DNA of 62,151 nt, counting the filler, from Sphacelaria rigidula (lineage: Eukaryota), in NCBI GenBank assembly GCA_964200075.2. It is 8 parts of 8 records of this genome, joined end to end, with 100 filler letters (N's around TTAATTAATTAA, not from the genome) between each part and the next. Parts side by side here need not be neighbours in the genome. Positions count along the whole stretch, not along the records: positions 23,347 to 31,028 come from CAXNAA020013810.1; positions 31,129 to 38,810 come from CAXNAA020013811.1; 6 more parts are not named here. One strand, given 5' to 3'. Under the pieces are notes generated by a model. That model did not search any database. It was not told the origin of the DNA and saw nothing but the letters and a program-made list of their open reading frames with translations. Positions 25,400 through 37,574 of the stretch are shown here, piece after piece. Each line of letters opens with the position of its first letter. Positions within the stretch are counted from its first letter, which is position 1. The position numbers and the translations under genes were made by a program.

Positions 25400-26131
25400 G
25401 AAAGTTCACTTGTGCGCCGCCTCAAACAAACCAACATTCTCAAACGGGCCAAGATAGAATCAAACGTGTCTAAAAGTCCGTCTTCCGTATCTGCGAACAA
25501 CGACATCATCCACCCATATCTTGCATTTCAAGCCGACAAGCAGTTCTGTCATGATACCTTGAAGATATGCCGTGGCATTCAACACACCTTGCGGTACTCG
25601 CTTCGGGGTAGACAAGTATAACGGGGTGGTGATTGTGAAAATCTCCTGCGTCTCCTCCGCCAACGGCATTCGCCAATAACCTTGGAGAAAGTCCAACTTG
25701 CAAACAAAACGAGCACTCAAGAGATCACGCATGTCCGACTCTTGATTGGGCATCACACCCGGCGACTTTACAAGCGGATCATTTATGGTCTTGTAGTCGC
25801 TTACCAGGCGACGCGAGTCTTTCTTAGGAACCACCATCGCCGGACTGGACCATACCGCCTGCAGGCTCCGCACTACCAACCCAAGCGCCGAAAGAGCCGC
25901 CGTGCACGACGCCAACCAGCTCGACTTCACCGGATCGTACCACCGCGGCTTCGCCTTCACCGCGGATGCCCCAGGTTTCAGCTGAACACGCATGGGCTTC
26001 ACGCGCGCAGAGGGATTGCCGTGCAGGCGTTCCGCTTTGGAAACGCTGAGGCCTTTCGCCACAGCATCCGTCACGCTCTCCTCCAGAGCGACCTTCCGAG
26101 CTGACTTCTCTTCCGCCGGGTCCATAAACAT
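25400..26131 (-). pseudogene. Gypsy reverse transcriptase
   Basis: WSSPAMVVPKK, RLVSDYKTIN, KLDFLQGYW, VPQGVLNA, WVDD. Confidence 0.95.
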
Positions 26132-26323
26132 ACCCGGGCCGCGATACTAAGCGTTCCATCGCCGCATCCCGCTCCTCGGTCACCTGCCCCCCAGCCTCCT
26201 GAAAAGCATCCACCGACAAGCTCACGCGACGACTGCTCAAAAAGGCTGACGTCTCCACGTGCGGACCAGGCGGAGACATCCACGTCTTGATGGAGTCTTT
26301 CAACCGCTCATACGGGACGACTC

Positions 26324-26707
26324 CTAGATCCTGTAGCGTCGGCAGCCCCAGAAGAACAACGCCATCCGACCCTGGCATAATCGCAAACGAGATCGGAGGC
26401 AACGGCGCCAGTCCTGAAGGCTAGCTGCAACGACAGTACGCTCCGTGACGGAAACATGCTGACCTGACGCGGTGACTGCCTGCCGCGCCCCAAGCGAAAA
26501 CGGGATCCGCAGCGGTACACCCGGGAGTTGTCGCTCCAGCATCTCAACCATCTCCACCGACAGACTAGTAAATTGGGCGCCAGAATCCAACATAGACCAA
26601 ACCACGATGGCTCCATGCTGCCGTTGATTCGGAAGGCATAACTCCGCCGGAATGTATCTGTCAGCAAGTTCCACGGGAACTTCTTCCGCTGACCCATGCG
26701 CCGCCAA
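26324..26707 (-). pseudogene. Gypsy aspartic protease
   Basis: MLDSGAQFTSLS motif. Confidence 0.85.
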
Positions 26708-28056
26708 TTAACACTTGACGCCACGGCTGAAGAAGCCCCAGCAGGTTCAAACGGCACCGCCGGCGGATACGCCCCCCAGCCAGCAAACCAAGAATTTGGC
26801 GACCCTCCGACCAGCGCGTCAACGGGCGTCGCGCCTGGCGCTGCTGCCGGTGTCACCGCCGGCGTCACTACCGGCGCCGGCGCAGTGTTCGACTCTGTAG
26901 AAGTCGGGCCAACCTGCACCGCCCGTTGCGGAGCAGCAGCACCTACGGCGGCGCCGGACCCAGAGCCAGGCCCATGCTGACGCCGCTGCCCCTGCTGCTG
27001 CTGGCTCTGCTGCTGCTGTTGTGGTTGCTGCTGCGGACGACTCGCCTGTGACCCTCCATCGCCGGAGGATCCGCCGCCGCCACCACGATTACCTCGTATT
27101 TTGCCCTTGTGCTGACGATGCTGATGGCGCGCGGCACCAGACTGGCCAGACTCTCCACCAGAAGACGTTGGGCAATCGCACGCGTAATGGCCGACCTGGC
27201 CACAGCGATGGCAAGTAAAACTCGCGGCGCGACCAGCCGATTTCGAGCCATGGTTGCGCAAAGATTTCGGCGAAGAGGTGAATGACTGGCCGAACACCTC
27301 TATTTTCCGCCACTCCTTGGCGTCGGCCACGACGTTGCTCATCACCAGGTATGGATCGTCCTTTCAATCTGATTGGTGCTGCAGCTTGACAAGCACGGCT
27401 TGCTTGAAATTTTCCGGTGCCAACCCCTCCACCAAAGCCTTAGTGAATACTGCAGTCGGGCCGGGAATGAACTCACCATCGGGGGAACGATATACTAGTT
27501 CTACGTTCGGATTTTCCGTGAAGTTCTTCTACAAATTAGCCAAGATGGGCTCCACACGCTCCAACATCGTTTTCCCCCGAGAATCCATTGCGACAGCTTT
27601 CGCCACGGCCGCGGACGCTTGGGTCATATCTACCTCGGCGCCCGCCGCATACCAAGTATGCTTTTTGATCGCCGCAACCAATTGCGGCGAGGTGATGGTG
27701 CTCCCGTTATGTTCCACACGAGCGAACACTCTTTGTACATAAGTTGACACTTGTTGAGTCATCGTCACCACCTGATGCCGCACGGCACCCCCTGCATTAG
27801 CGTGCTCCACACGCCTCTTGTACTCTAAGTATTTTGTATAAAACGTGCGAGATGCACTCTCTGAGTACCTGTCCCCCCCCATTGGGGAGGTCGCAACTCT
27901 TCCCGCATGACCACGGGTGTCACTGTGGACGTACCTCGTCAGCCGGTAGTCATAGCTGTAGCTGTAACTTGCTTCGTCGCCGCACCACACAGTCTTAGGA
28001 GCCTCCAAACTCCCACTGCATGCAGCTTCAGCAAGTTTCCAGTCTGGATCAATCAC
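26708..28056 (-). pseudogene. Gypsy gag with zinc knuckle
   Basis: CHRCGQVGHYACDC (CX2CX4HX4C) followed by a Q/G-rich linker; split over several frames. Confidence 0.85.
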
Positions 28057-28097
28057 AGATCAGCCGCCTTTCTGCAGCCACCACCAGCTTGAACCCC

Positions 28098-28191
28098 TGT
28101 CACGCATCCGTGATGTCAGGTTGTCCCCAGCTGCCAGACTCACTCCGCCGAGATCCTTTTCAGCGGAATTCTAGCGAGTCAACCTACGACA
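28098..28191 (-). repeat. Candidate short 5' LTR of the Gypsy element
   Basis: tgtc...gaca termini just upstream of gag; the outer edge coincides with the break of repeat family C; partner LTR not in the contig. Confidence 0.4.
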
Positions 28192-28416
28192 GGAGGGGGG
28201 GGTGTTAGATTGCACAAAAAAAGAGGCTCGAAAGTATATAAGACGATCTACCACACTCGCGGTGCGCTTGTATTTGGTTCAAACGGCCTTGATCTGTATG
28301 AATGAGCAGTGTTCATCTATAACAAGCTCGTTCGAGCAATCGTTGCTCCTTTCAACGACGATTTGGCTTGGAATTTCGTGCAAGAAGTGGCCCAAAATAC
28401 CCTCCCCCCTATCGTA
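28192..28416 (-). repeat. Dispersed repeat family C copy; second copy 34772-35008(+)
   Basis: cacgaaattc...aatcgtcgttga...ccaaatacaagcgcaccgcgagtgtg...poly-C shared. Confidence 0.85.
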
Positions 28417-30368
28417 GGACGACTCTAGCACTCACTAGCACTAGCACTAATATCGATATTGTGACGCCAGTCAGTGAAAGCACTGTTGGATCACTGCTGT
28501 TGAGGGACTCCCCAGTCTGGAGGGACTCCTCAGTCTTTCTGGCCTCAGTTTCAGTTGTCAGCATTTACGACATTCCATTAGTTGGGAGTGCCATCCAGGC
28601 GGCTCCATAAACCACATCAGGGTATCACCTCTGTGTCCATGTCATCATCCATATCATCACTACAGATCCCAAGTCATCATCCAATCATCACTATATGATT
28701 AACGTGGCGGCGTGATTTCGTCACAGATGGTAGGAGCTGTGGTTGTCGCTCGGCATGGTATTGAGGGGGTAGTTGTACGGAATGGGCGAATCCTGCGCCA
28801 TCAAAGTTATTACCGTCTCGTGAGACGAAGTTGTCATCGGAGACGGAATCCTGGGATCGCTGTACATGATTCGCATGAGCGTGGGAGCTATTGGAGGAGT
28901 AATCACGACGGAGATAGTTTTCCCCGTGATGTGCGAAACGATGTGCTAGATTGAAATCCCGATAGCCCTGTCGGCGATCTACATTACTCCACCCATCACT
29001 TCGCATATGGGAGTCCACACCTCGATCATAGTATATATTGCAATTGCGAGCATTGCATGACGAGGGTTGGGGGTTCGTGTTGTTGTTGAAGTTGTGGTTG
29101 CTGTTGTGAGATTGGCGTTGAGATGGGGATTGGGAATGTGGACGGGAGTTATGTTTCGGTGATCGTTGATGGTCAGCCGAATGGAGGTTGCTGTATGAGA
29201 AATGATGGCCATTGCGGTTTAATCGGCATTCCCGGCAGTGGATGCTTCTCCTGCCCCCCCGAGTCCCACGTCACGTCGCCGATACGTCCCTGTTGGAGTC
29301 ATCATGACCTATGGCAGATAAAGCATGATTATTCAGGGAGTCTACCCTACTGCTTGACAGTTCCAATTCAGCATGAGCAGTTTTCACCGTTCGGTGTAGG
29401 GTCTCTGTATCAATTTTCGACATAGCGAGGAGAATGCCACGCTGGATGCCGTACTCTGCAAACAGCCTACGTGCATAATGCCTGTTGGCATCAAACTCCG
29501 AAATTACGTGACGGTAATGATGCCTTTTGTGGCGAATTAAATTCGCCCTGTTCAGAAACACGAGAGGGCTCTCGCCCGGGGACATCTGTAGGCATGTCCA
29601 CTGTTGCTCTAGACGGGCCTTCTCTCTACTGGGGGAAACGGTGTAGTGCTGGACGAACTAGTTTCACGACTCACCCGGTGAACCAAGCATCGCAAAATTC
29701 TCGACCATTCTGGGAGCTATGATTTATTCGAGTATATTTCGCGGGCCCTCTGAGCTTTCTCTACTGCCCTGTACCCGTGCTGCGCTATCAACTCCTTCTC
29801 TGACCCATGAAAAACGCGAATGGGTCCTGAACAAACAGAGCATCGTAACATTTCTCGGCACGAAAATGTCCGATCATTTGCACTCGAAACACGCTTTCCC
29901 CTTCTTTTACAGAACCCTCCCATAGGTGAGTACTTGTATTGTTACGTACTCTGACAAAGTTCGGTCGGGCACATTGTCCTCCCGTGTAGTTATCGTTTCG
30001 GAACTCCTGGAAAAGAGTTTGGTTGTTCTGCTGGTCGCGGTTTGCTGTACTCATCGTGGGATTAGCTTGTGCGCCTGCGCTCAAATGCATACTCTTGTCT
30101 CTTTCGTAATCTACAATGGTACCGCGTTTTGCGGCCTCAGTAAACTCCACCTGTTTTCCTTCCATCTCTGCTTGTTCTTCCATGATTCACAGTTTTTCGG
30201 TCTTCTGTACCTCTATAAGCCGAAGCTTTTCCGTCAATTTTCCGTACTATATTCCTTCACGTTAGCCATTGATCGACGATCATTATCTATTACTGTTGCT
30301 TGTTGTTCAATTGATTATCTCAAAACAGTCTGATCTCTCATTTGTTGACTACCTTCCTCGTTGACTCC

Positions 30369-30590
30369 AGCGCTATCAAAAGCTGCTGTATTTTGCTCAA
30401 ACTGTAACAAACGCTAATTGCGTGACTCTCCCGTTGGCCCAAGCGCTATCGAATGCTGCTGTATTTTCCTCAAACTGCAACAAACGCTAACTACATAACC
30501 CTCCTGTCGGCTCAAGCGCTATCTAATGCTGCTGTATTTTGCCTCGAGCTGGCTCAAGCACTGTGAATGCTGCTGTATATTGCCCAAACT
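30369..30590. repeat. 73-bp tandem repeat (2 full, 2 partial) in the retroelement leader
   Basis: agcgctatc.aatgctgctgtatttt starts at 30369, 30442, 30515 and a variant at 30557. Confidence 0.9.
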
Positions 30591-30629
30591 CGCTTCTTAC
30601 TTCCCTGCTTTTCCCGGCTGCAATCAACC

Positions 30630-30749
30630 TGTTTGAAAATCGCTAGCGTAATTGGTGAAGAGACTGTCCCGTAGAGGACGCGCTCTGAACAGGGGAATGT
30701 GTGTGCCTTCTTCTTGTATCAAACTCTTATACCCTTCACTCACCAAACA
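30630..30749 (-). repeat. Candidate 120-bp LTR
   Basis: tgtttg...caaaca inverted termini; followed on the minus strand by ggtt, reminiscent of copia internal-tRNA primer sites. Confidence 0.5.
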
Positions 30750-31028
30750 TCAACCGTGCACGCTCCACCCGTGCTGCTCTTTCCAACCCAAAAGCAATGA
30801 CCGAAATGCACCAAAAATAGAACTGAGCACGGAAGGTAGGACCACACGCTGGGTTCCCTCATATGTCATGCATCCAGTCATAACACAATCCGTTACCGCA
30901 GACGATATCCGATACCCAGGATAGTTCATCAATCTGCACCGCATGTGCCCGAATTGACACTTTCTACGATAGCCCCCCCCCAAAACCAGCTAAAAGTGTC
31001 ACGAAAAAAATGACCATACAGCGCCAGA

Positions 31029-31128
31029 NNNNNNNNNNNNNNNNNNNNNNNNNNNNNNNNNNNNNNNNNNNNTTAATTAATTAANNNNNNNNNNNNNNNN
31101 NNNNNNNNNNNNNNNNNNNNNNNNNNNN
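31029..31128. other. Artificial contig spacer
   Basis: N44-TTAATTAATTAA-N44. Confidence 0.98.
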
Positions 31129-31254
31129 GGGTTCGCGAGATCGGACTAATGTGCCGAAATAATAATAATAACGGCCCCAAATACCCCCCGTCCTTTCCTA
31201 GCATGACTTGGTTGCTTATGCTGTTCCCGTACCGTTGAATACGCCACAGCAGTA

Positions 31255-31470
31255 TATTCGACTCAACGGTCGACGAGGAAAAGAGACTGATGAACCCTCT
31301 CGCGATAAAATATAAAGGCGAGCAACCCAGAAGAAAGGTGGAGTACTGAAAACAAACAAAAAATGAAAAAAACTCCTGTGTTGGCCCTCCTCCTGTGTGA
31401 CCCTGGCTGGTGCGCCCACATATACCGCGAGGTGTAGACCGGCGTCCAGAATAGATGGGACGACAACTCA
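31255..31470 (-). repeat. Dispersed repeat family A copy
   Basis: Reverse complement of gggcgcaccagccagggtcacacaggaggag...cctcgtcgaccgt. Confidence 0.8.
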
Positions 31471-32749
31471 CACACACAGTATCGTCAACACAGCCTCTGG
31501 ATACGAACCCGGCACAGTACACAGCATTGGGACACACAGCTAGTGCACCTCGGCGCCCGCTAGTCATTCACAAGTCCTGCACATGTCGGTGTGTGGTACA
31601 GCACTAGTGAGTTGAGCAATTGAGAGTTGTACTGCAGTACTGTTATTGCACTGTCTGTAGACAGTTTTGTAAACTTTGTATAGTAAGTGTTCTGTACTGT
31701 ACTACCGTCCGTAGTAAAAGTGTGCACATGCCTGTGTGTGTGCGTTTGCGTACTTTGAGAAAGTACAGTAGTTCTCGATAAAGGTTCACTATACGCAGTG
31801 AACCTAGCTGCGTGGAGGCGAACGGGGGAACACAGACACCTGTCGACCTGGCTGAAGATGACGTCGAAGAGCTAAAGTGGTCCACTCATGCAGCCGCTAC
31901 GAGGATCTCGACAAATGGCCACCCAACGGTGGTGTACCTGCGCGAGCTAACGCAAGCATCACGTTGGGTGGCCATTTTGTCAAGTCCTTATAGCAGCTCC
32001 TTGAGCGGCCGACTCCCGCCCTTTCGCATTATCATAAGCCAGGTCGACTGGTGTCTCGGCCCCCCCGTTCGCCTCCAAGTGTTCCTCGTAGTCTTGGGTC
32101 ACCCTCGTAAACGAGCTGCCATCACCAGCGCTGTCGCGGGCGTTTACGGCATCTGTCATCGCCTCACTTGCGATATTTGTCCTACGGCTGTGTTCTGTAA
32201 CCTTAGTCGTTATGGGGCAGGGTGTCTAGTTCCGTTTCATAACCCTGAGTATGGCACCAACGCTTTGGGGTGTTCTCGGGGTGTTTGGCAACTCAGGGTT
32301 TAATTGAACATTTGAAGATTAATCCTGAGTTGCTACGCATGTCTCCTCTCAGGGCCCAGTTGCCGGGGTCTACCTAGGGGAATTCGTCATATCCTGGCCT
32401 TAAATCCCAACTTCTAAACCCTGACCCTGCGTTTTTCCGGCCGGTTTTGTGTTTCCGAAACTCTCTAATGTCGGTATCTACCGTAATTTACAGGGGTGCA
32501 TAGTATAGCATTCCCCAAACACTAAATACTCAGTATCTCACCCCGAGCGATACGTTTTTTATTCCCGAACTCTATCATCCTGGAGTCGTATGCACCATTA
32601 TCTGCAGTAGGTGCATGCCTCAGCTCTGTGGTCTGCAACAAAATCCACGGTGTTTTACCGTCGATTTCGCGATTTTAAGTCATGCAAAACTCATTCTTTT
32701 CGCGGTTCAGGCCTCTCCACACACACACACACACCCCCCCCGCCGCCAG

Positions 32750-32809
32750 GCCCCAAAGACTATTCTGGAGCTGAGCATACGGCATGCGGCAATGATCAAA
32801 CCTGAGGGC
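32750..32809 (+). CDS. Candidate small exon
   Basis: ccgccAG|APKTILELSIRHAAMIKPEG|GTgtgt, phase 0/0, compatible with the 33021 exon. Confidence 0.35.
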
Positions 32810-33020
32810 GTGTGTATCCGGACGTATGTTGAGTGATCTCTGATGGAGCAGTCCTGGTCTGCGGTTGTTCATGTTCCAGATGCGTGTGATACTTGCAGTC
32901 TACACGACCGGATGGATTATCGTGAAGGCAGGCTGAGGACCGTAGATGATGACAGCTAAGCGTGCGTGACTCGATTGTTGACCCACGCCCTCACCCCTCC
33001 CTCCCTCACCGTCGAACCAG

Positions 33021-33263
33021 GCACTGAAGGACATTTACATGCTGATCCTGTGCGGTACCGAAGCGCAACAAAATTCCAGCGGGATTGTCCGTGGCATGTT
33101 AACAGGCATGGTGGCCGGGGTAGATGCCGAGACAGCGGCTCACGCTCTCTTGGACAAGCTCAGGCATGCTGCCGCTGCTGCTGGCGGTGCGACGAAGGCT
33201 AGCTTGGTAACGGTCGAGGGAGGCGGTACTGGGGGCGGGCTGTTGGAGGCTAAACCGCAAGAA
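33021..33263 (+). CDS. Internal exon of an unknown helical protein
   Basis: Pyrimidine-rich acceptor ...gaaccAG|ALKDIYMLILCG...AHALLDKLRH...KPQE; coding-like codons; donor position uncertain. Confidence 0.55.
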
Positions 33264-34771
33264 GTGATTGCCGGCGTGAAGCTATTTCTGCACAAGTGCT
33301 GTTTGTAGGTTAGGTCGGTTGTAGTGTCTCTTGGTGCGTGCGGTATCGCACATCAGTGCCAGGGAAACAAGCAGGAAGCTGCAATAGAGCTGTGCGTAGG
33401 TTTTTTTTCACGACCCCCCTACCTCCCTCCCTCCCTCCCTTTCCCCCCCGCTCCCTGTTTTTTCGTCGAAATGGTAGAAGAAGGTCGGTGTGTTAGCAAG
33501 CTAAAACCGCGACTATTCAAGTAAAATTTGCTGTTCGCAGCGACACTTCGAAGTGGCACCTTGGTGCAAGGAATGGCTCCAAACCCCCCGCCCCTGCGGC
33601 AGGATTGCCTCCTTCGGTAGGATCACTCTCAGAGCGAAAGAAAACGCAAGGTTCGCTTGTTTTTTCTTCTCTTGTCTGCTCTGATACTGTTTTGTTGTTT
33701 TCGAAGGGGAGGGGAAGCTGGAGAATGGAGAAGGCGGTTTGTTAAACCGCTTGTTGCAGTTTTGGCTATTGGCGGGTACGCTGCTCCTCGCCCCCAGTTT
33801 TGATGCTAGCCACTTCATCCTGCAGTCATGCTTTTTTTTTTTTTCAAGTATTACGAGATTTTTAACTTGAGACACAAGGACGGGGAACCAAGAATTTTCG
33901 CGTGCTGGGCAATCTCTCACGTTGCCTCCGTTGAACCAGATGGCAAAGGTTGAAATTTCACGTAACCACATTTGAACCGGGCACACAGCTCATTCGACCA
34001 CCATCTCTCTACCGACGCGTCAAGGTTCTAGACACACACACCTGTGAAACACTGCCCATAACTCCCATTTTTCAATTTTTGTATGGATTTTTTGTTTCGG
34101 CCACGTATGTATGTATGTGGCAATGACATGTGTGTGTACGTGTGCTGTAGTGCACGAGCTTTGACACCCGGCATGAAAGTATCTGGTCACGTGTTGTGTG
34201 CCGATCACGAGGAGAAAAGCCTTCTGCGCGCGAGTAGAGTCGCGTTTGCCTTGTGCATGTGCTTTGCGTGCTTATCAAGCATCCCATGCTTCCGAGTTTT
34301 TCTTCTGATGTACTGTACATCTAATACCCACTTGGTGTCCATCCATGAGTTCGTCAACTTACGGCTAAATAGTACAAAGTTCTCGCCCCCCGACAAATAG
34401 CCAACTCGGAAACTGACGTTGGAGACTTCAATAAGAGATACCAATGCTTGAATGTGTTGTCCCCATCTACGACTGACACATGTTCCTGATTGGCTGCTGT
34501 TTACAGGTCGCCCGCATCTTGTTGAGGCATGTTTCAGCTATTATTATTGAGGGGATGATGCGTGTCTGAATGAGATGAGCGTTGGTGAGCGGGGGGTTGG
34601 GCACGCTCGAGAACCAACTCGAAATCCATGGTGCGACTTACTTGTTATGCCGATAGACACCGCTTGGGTGAAGGCACAACACGTGCAGTTTTTGTGCGCT
34701 GGCGCCATTTGAACTGGACAGGGTTACAAAACCCAACTGGAAGAAGTAGTAACCAAGGGATTTGAGCCATG

Positions 34772-35008
34772 CTACGATAGATGGATAGGGTGGGGGTTTT
34801 GGGGCGTTCTTTTCCACGAAATTCTACTTGCAATCGTCGTTGATAGCAGCAGCGGTAGTTCGAACGCGCTTGCTTCCGATTTATAAGGCTCAGTCATACC
34901 TTTCGACACCGCCTTTATCCAAATACAAGCGCACCGCGAGTGTGTTGGGTCGTCTGACGCACCCCTGAGCCCATTTTTTCGTGGAGTCGAACCCCCCCCC
35001 GCCCCCCG
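34772..35008 (+). repeat. Dispersed repeat family C copy
   Basis: Aligns by eye with the reverse complement of 28192-28416. Confidence 0.8.
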
Positions 35009-35190
35009 TATTGTAGCATGACCCATTCGGTGCTTGGCTGGAACGAGTGAACATCCATGCGGCCTCAAGATGTATGATTTCGGTTACATACGTTCAAAAT
35101 CCGAAAGGTTGCATATACCACACTGATTGGCACCATATTTAGTAATGGTACGTACAGATACTTTTCAAGCTCATTGTGGCTCGAGGATGA

Positions 35191-35616
35191 CACGGGATTT
35201 TACAAATTGGGGATGGATCTTTTATTGAGAATGAAAACCCGGAGAACTAGAATCTTCGTATCCACACCAAATCTTCGAAGTATGCTTCCATTTTTTCACT
35301 TGCTGGTAGCTATTGGCAACTACTACACGCCATACAAATTTGGATTTCGATAACCGAAATGTCGGGGTCTTGGGTGAAAAACTCATTTTGGCGTCCGATC
35401 GGACACGTAAATCCCCCAAAATTGGTTTTTCACCTAGGACCCCAACATTTTGGTTATCGAAATCCAAATTTGTATGGCGTGTAGTAGTTGTCGATAGCTA
35501 CCAGCAGGTGAAGAAATAGAAGCATACTTCGAATATTTGGTGTGGATACGAAGATTTCAACTCTCCGGGTTTTCATCCCCAATTAAAGATCCATCCCCAA
35601 TCTGTAAAATCCCGTG
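35191..35616. mobile_element. Foldback (palindromic) MITE, ~200-bp arms, ~20-bp loop
   Basis: cacgggattttaca.attggggatggatcttt ... aaagatccatccccaat.tgtaaaatcccgtg; arms match along their length; TSD unclear. Confidence 0.9.
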
Positions 35617-35860
35617 TTGGATACTGATCCGAAGCAATGATGGTTAATGGTTATTGTTGTAGAACGTGAAGACGCGAAATAAATGTTGTCCAATGTGCCT
35701 GCCTCGTGCAGTACCGCCATTTAACGTTTGTGTACCTGAATATCAGTCGGTCGATGGGTCACAAACGTTTCCGTACTTTCTTCGCCTGTGAGGCCCTTGC
35801 TGCCAGCATTAAGCTCTGTGAAGTCAAGCGGAGGTAGGCAAGGCCAATGCTGTGGGGGCA

Positions 35861-35932
35861 GGGGGCCTACTCATTTGTTGCTTGCCTTAGTAATCTGACC
35901 GTTGACCTCGCATCCCTTTCGAAACGGAGCAC
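35861..35932 (+). repeat. Dispersed repeat family B copy
   Basis: See 10617-10690. Confidence 0.85.
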
Positions 35933-36429
35933 CGAATTGCCGCCGTGGGGGAAAAAAAAATATTGAACGACATCGTTTTTCCAATTTTCAAATTGGTTGT
36001 TGTCTCAGGCTATTCCAGATCCGGTATTGGTTTTCTGTGACAGAAAAACGAGCAGAACTTTTCGAGAACTTTTCAAAAAACAAACAGAACTTTTCAAGAA
36101 CCGCTCAAAACATGACCCCATTATCTGGAGTACAGGGTGGTACACTCAACACAAGACAACTCTGCAGTGGTATATGAAGTGCAGAGTACTACACTGAACA
36201 CTAGACAACACAGCTGTTCTGCAGTGTTTTCTAGTTTTAAAACCTGAAGACAGACTGTATATAGTATGACACCGTCACTACTGTACTTTCTGTGCTTACA
36301 GAGTAAAGCCTGTACTCGGGCAGGGGAGGTGGTACCCGGACCGGGGAGGTGGACAGCACGCTATCACTTGTGGATAGATACACTGCAGTAGCTGGGTATG
36401 CTTTGTTATTTTTTGGTGGTGAAAACTTG

Positions 36430-37574
36430 CAAGGGTAGGTCGAGTAGAGTATGTACTTTTGAGTACTCGAGTAAAATGCTCAAGTATTTATTCTACTCAA
36501 CGTTTGAGTACGTCGAGTACGGCCTCGAATACTCTACTCAAATTTTGAGTACGTCGAGTACGGCCTCAAATACTCTACTCAAATTTTGAGTAGGTTGAGT
36601 ATGGTCTCAAATACTCTACTCAAATTTCGAGTAAGCACTCTTAGTATTACTTGAGTATAGAGTTTCACTTGAGTATGACCTCAATACTCTACTCAATTTT
36701 TGAGTACGTCGAGTACGGCCTCAAATACTCTACTCAAATTTTGAGTAGGTTGAGTATGGTCTCAAATACTCTACTCAAATTTTGAGTAGATCGAGTCAGC
36801 AATACTTGAGTATAGAGTACCCCTTAGGTATGATGAGTATCCCTGACAGTCGGCGACTTCGTGGCGTCACTTCACAGACTATGTTGAATACATGGGTGAA
36901 AGATGGCCATCAATTAGATGGGCGGCTTTACATCACAGCCAACAAGGAGTACGAGCGAATGATGACCATGAAAAAACATTTTTTCAAAACGTGCAGGTCA
37001 ATGCACCTACCTCCCCCAGCGCCCCATCTCACCAGCAGGTTTAAAATGGAAACGCCCATTTTTTCAAGGGTAGGTCGAGTAGAGTATGTACTTTTGAGTA
37101 CTCGAGTAAAATACTCAAGTATGTACTCTACTCGACGTTTGATTAGGTCGAGTACGGCCTAAAATACTCTACTCAATTATCGAGTACGTTGAGTATGGCC
37201 TCAAATACTCTACTCAAATTTTGAGTAGATTGAGTACGGCCTCCAATACTCTACTCTAATCTTGAGTAGGTCGAGTACAACCTCCAATACTCTACTCAGA
37301 TATTGAGTAAGCACTCTCAGTAATACTTGAGTATAGAGTATCACTTGAGTATAACCTCAATATTCTACTCAAATGTTGAGTACGTTGAGTATGGCCTCAA
37401 ACACTCTACTCAAAGTTTGATTACGTTGAGTACGGCCTCCAATATTTTACTCAAATTTTTAAATTTTGAGTAGGTCGAGTACGACCTCAAACACTGTACT
37501 CAAACTTTGAGTACTAAAAGTATGACTCTTCAAAAATACTGAGTATTGAGTATACTCTATTCGATCTACCCTTG
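36430..37574. mobile_element. Composite hAT-type non-autonomous element with ~41-bp internal tandem repeats and a unique insert
   Basis: Same TIR family as 11625-11829; 8-bp TSD aaaacttg at 36422-36429 and 37575-37582; second left end at 37065; units gagtacggcctcaaatactctactcaaattttgagta. Confidence 0.9.

Larger units (their letters stand above)
23347..28191 (-). mobile_element. Decayed Ty3/Gypsy LTR retrotransposon, 3' end lost at the contig edge
   Basis: Domain order gag(CCHC)-protease-RT-RNaseH-integrase; multiple frameshifts and stops. Confidence 0.95.
28420..30749 (-). mobile_element. Copia-like retrotransposon 5' fragment (LTR, UTR, gag; no pol seen)
   Basis: Gag-like SPGES..FVQHY..SPSREKARLEQQWTCLQMSPGESPLVFLNRA at ~29271-29700; frameshifted. 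Confidence 0.65.

Noticed and set aside
23696..27742. Plus-strand ORFs overlapping the Gypsy element
   Set aside because: Antisense shadows of GC-rich gag-pol with no independent motifs
28191..28324. Apparent PPT + plus-strand LTR (aggagggggggg tgtta...taaca)
   Set aside because: The segment, including the G run, aligns with repeat family C at 34772-35008 and the homology extends beyond the supposed LTR end
20768..33021. Joining the 20544 exon to the 33021 exon through a retrotransposon-filled 12-kb intron
   Set aside because: Phases match, but the path crosses two artificial spacers between unlinked contigs
36490..37510. CRISPR-like array
   Set aside because: Units abut each other with no unique spacers, lie inside a TIR/TSD-bounded element, the context is eukaryotic and no cas genes are seen
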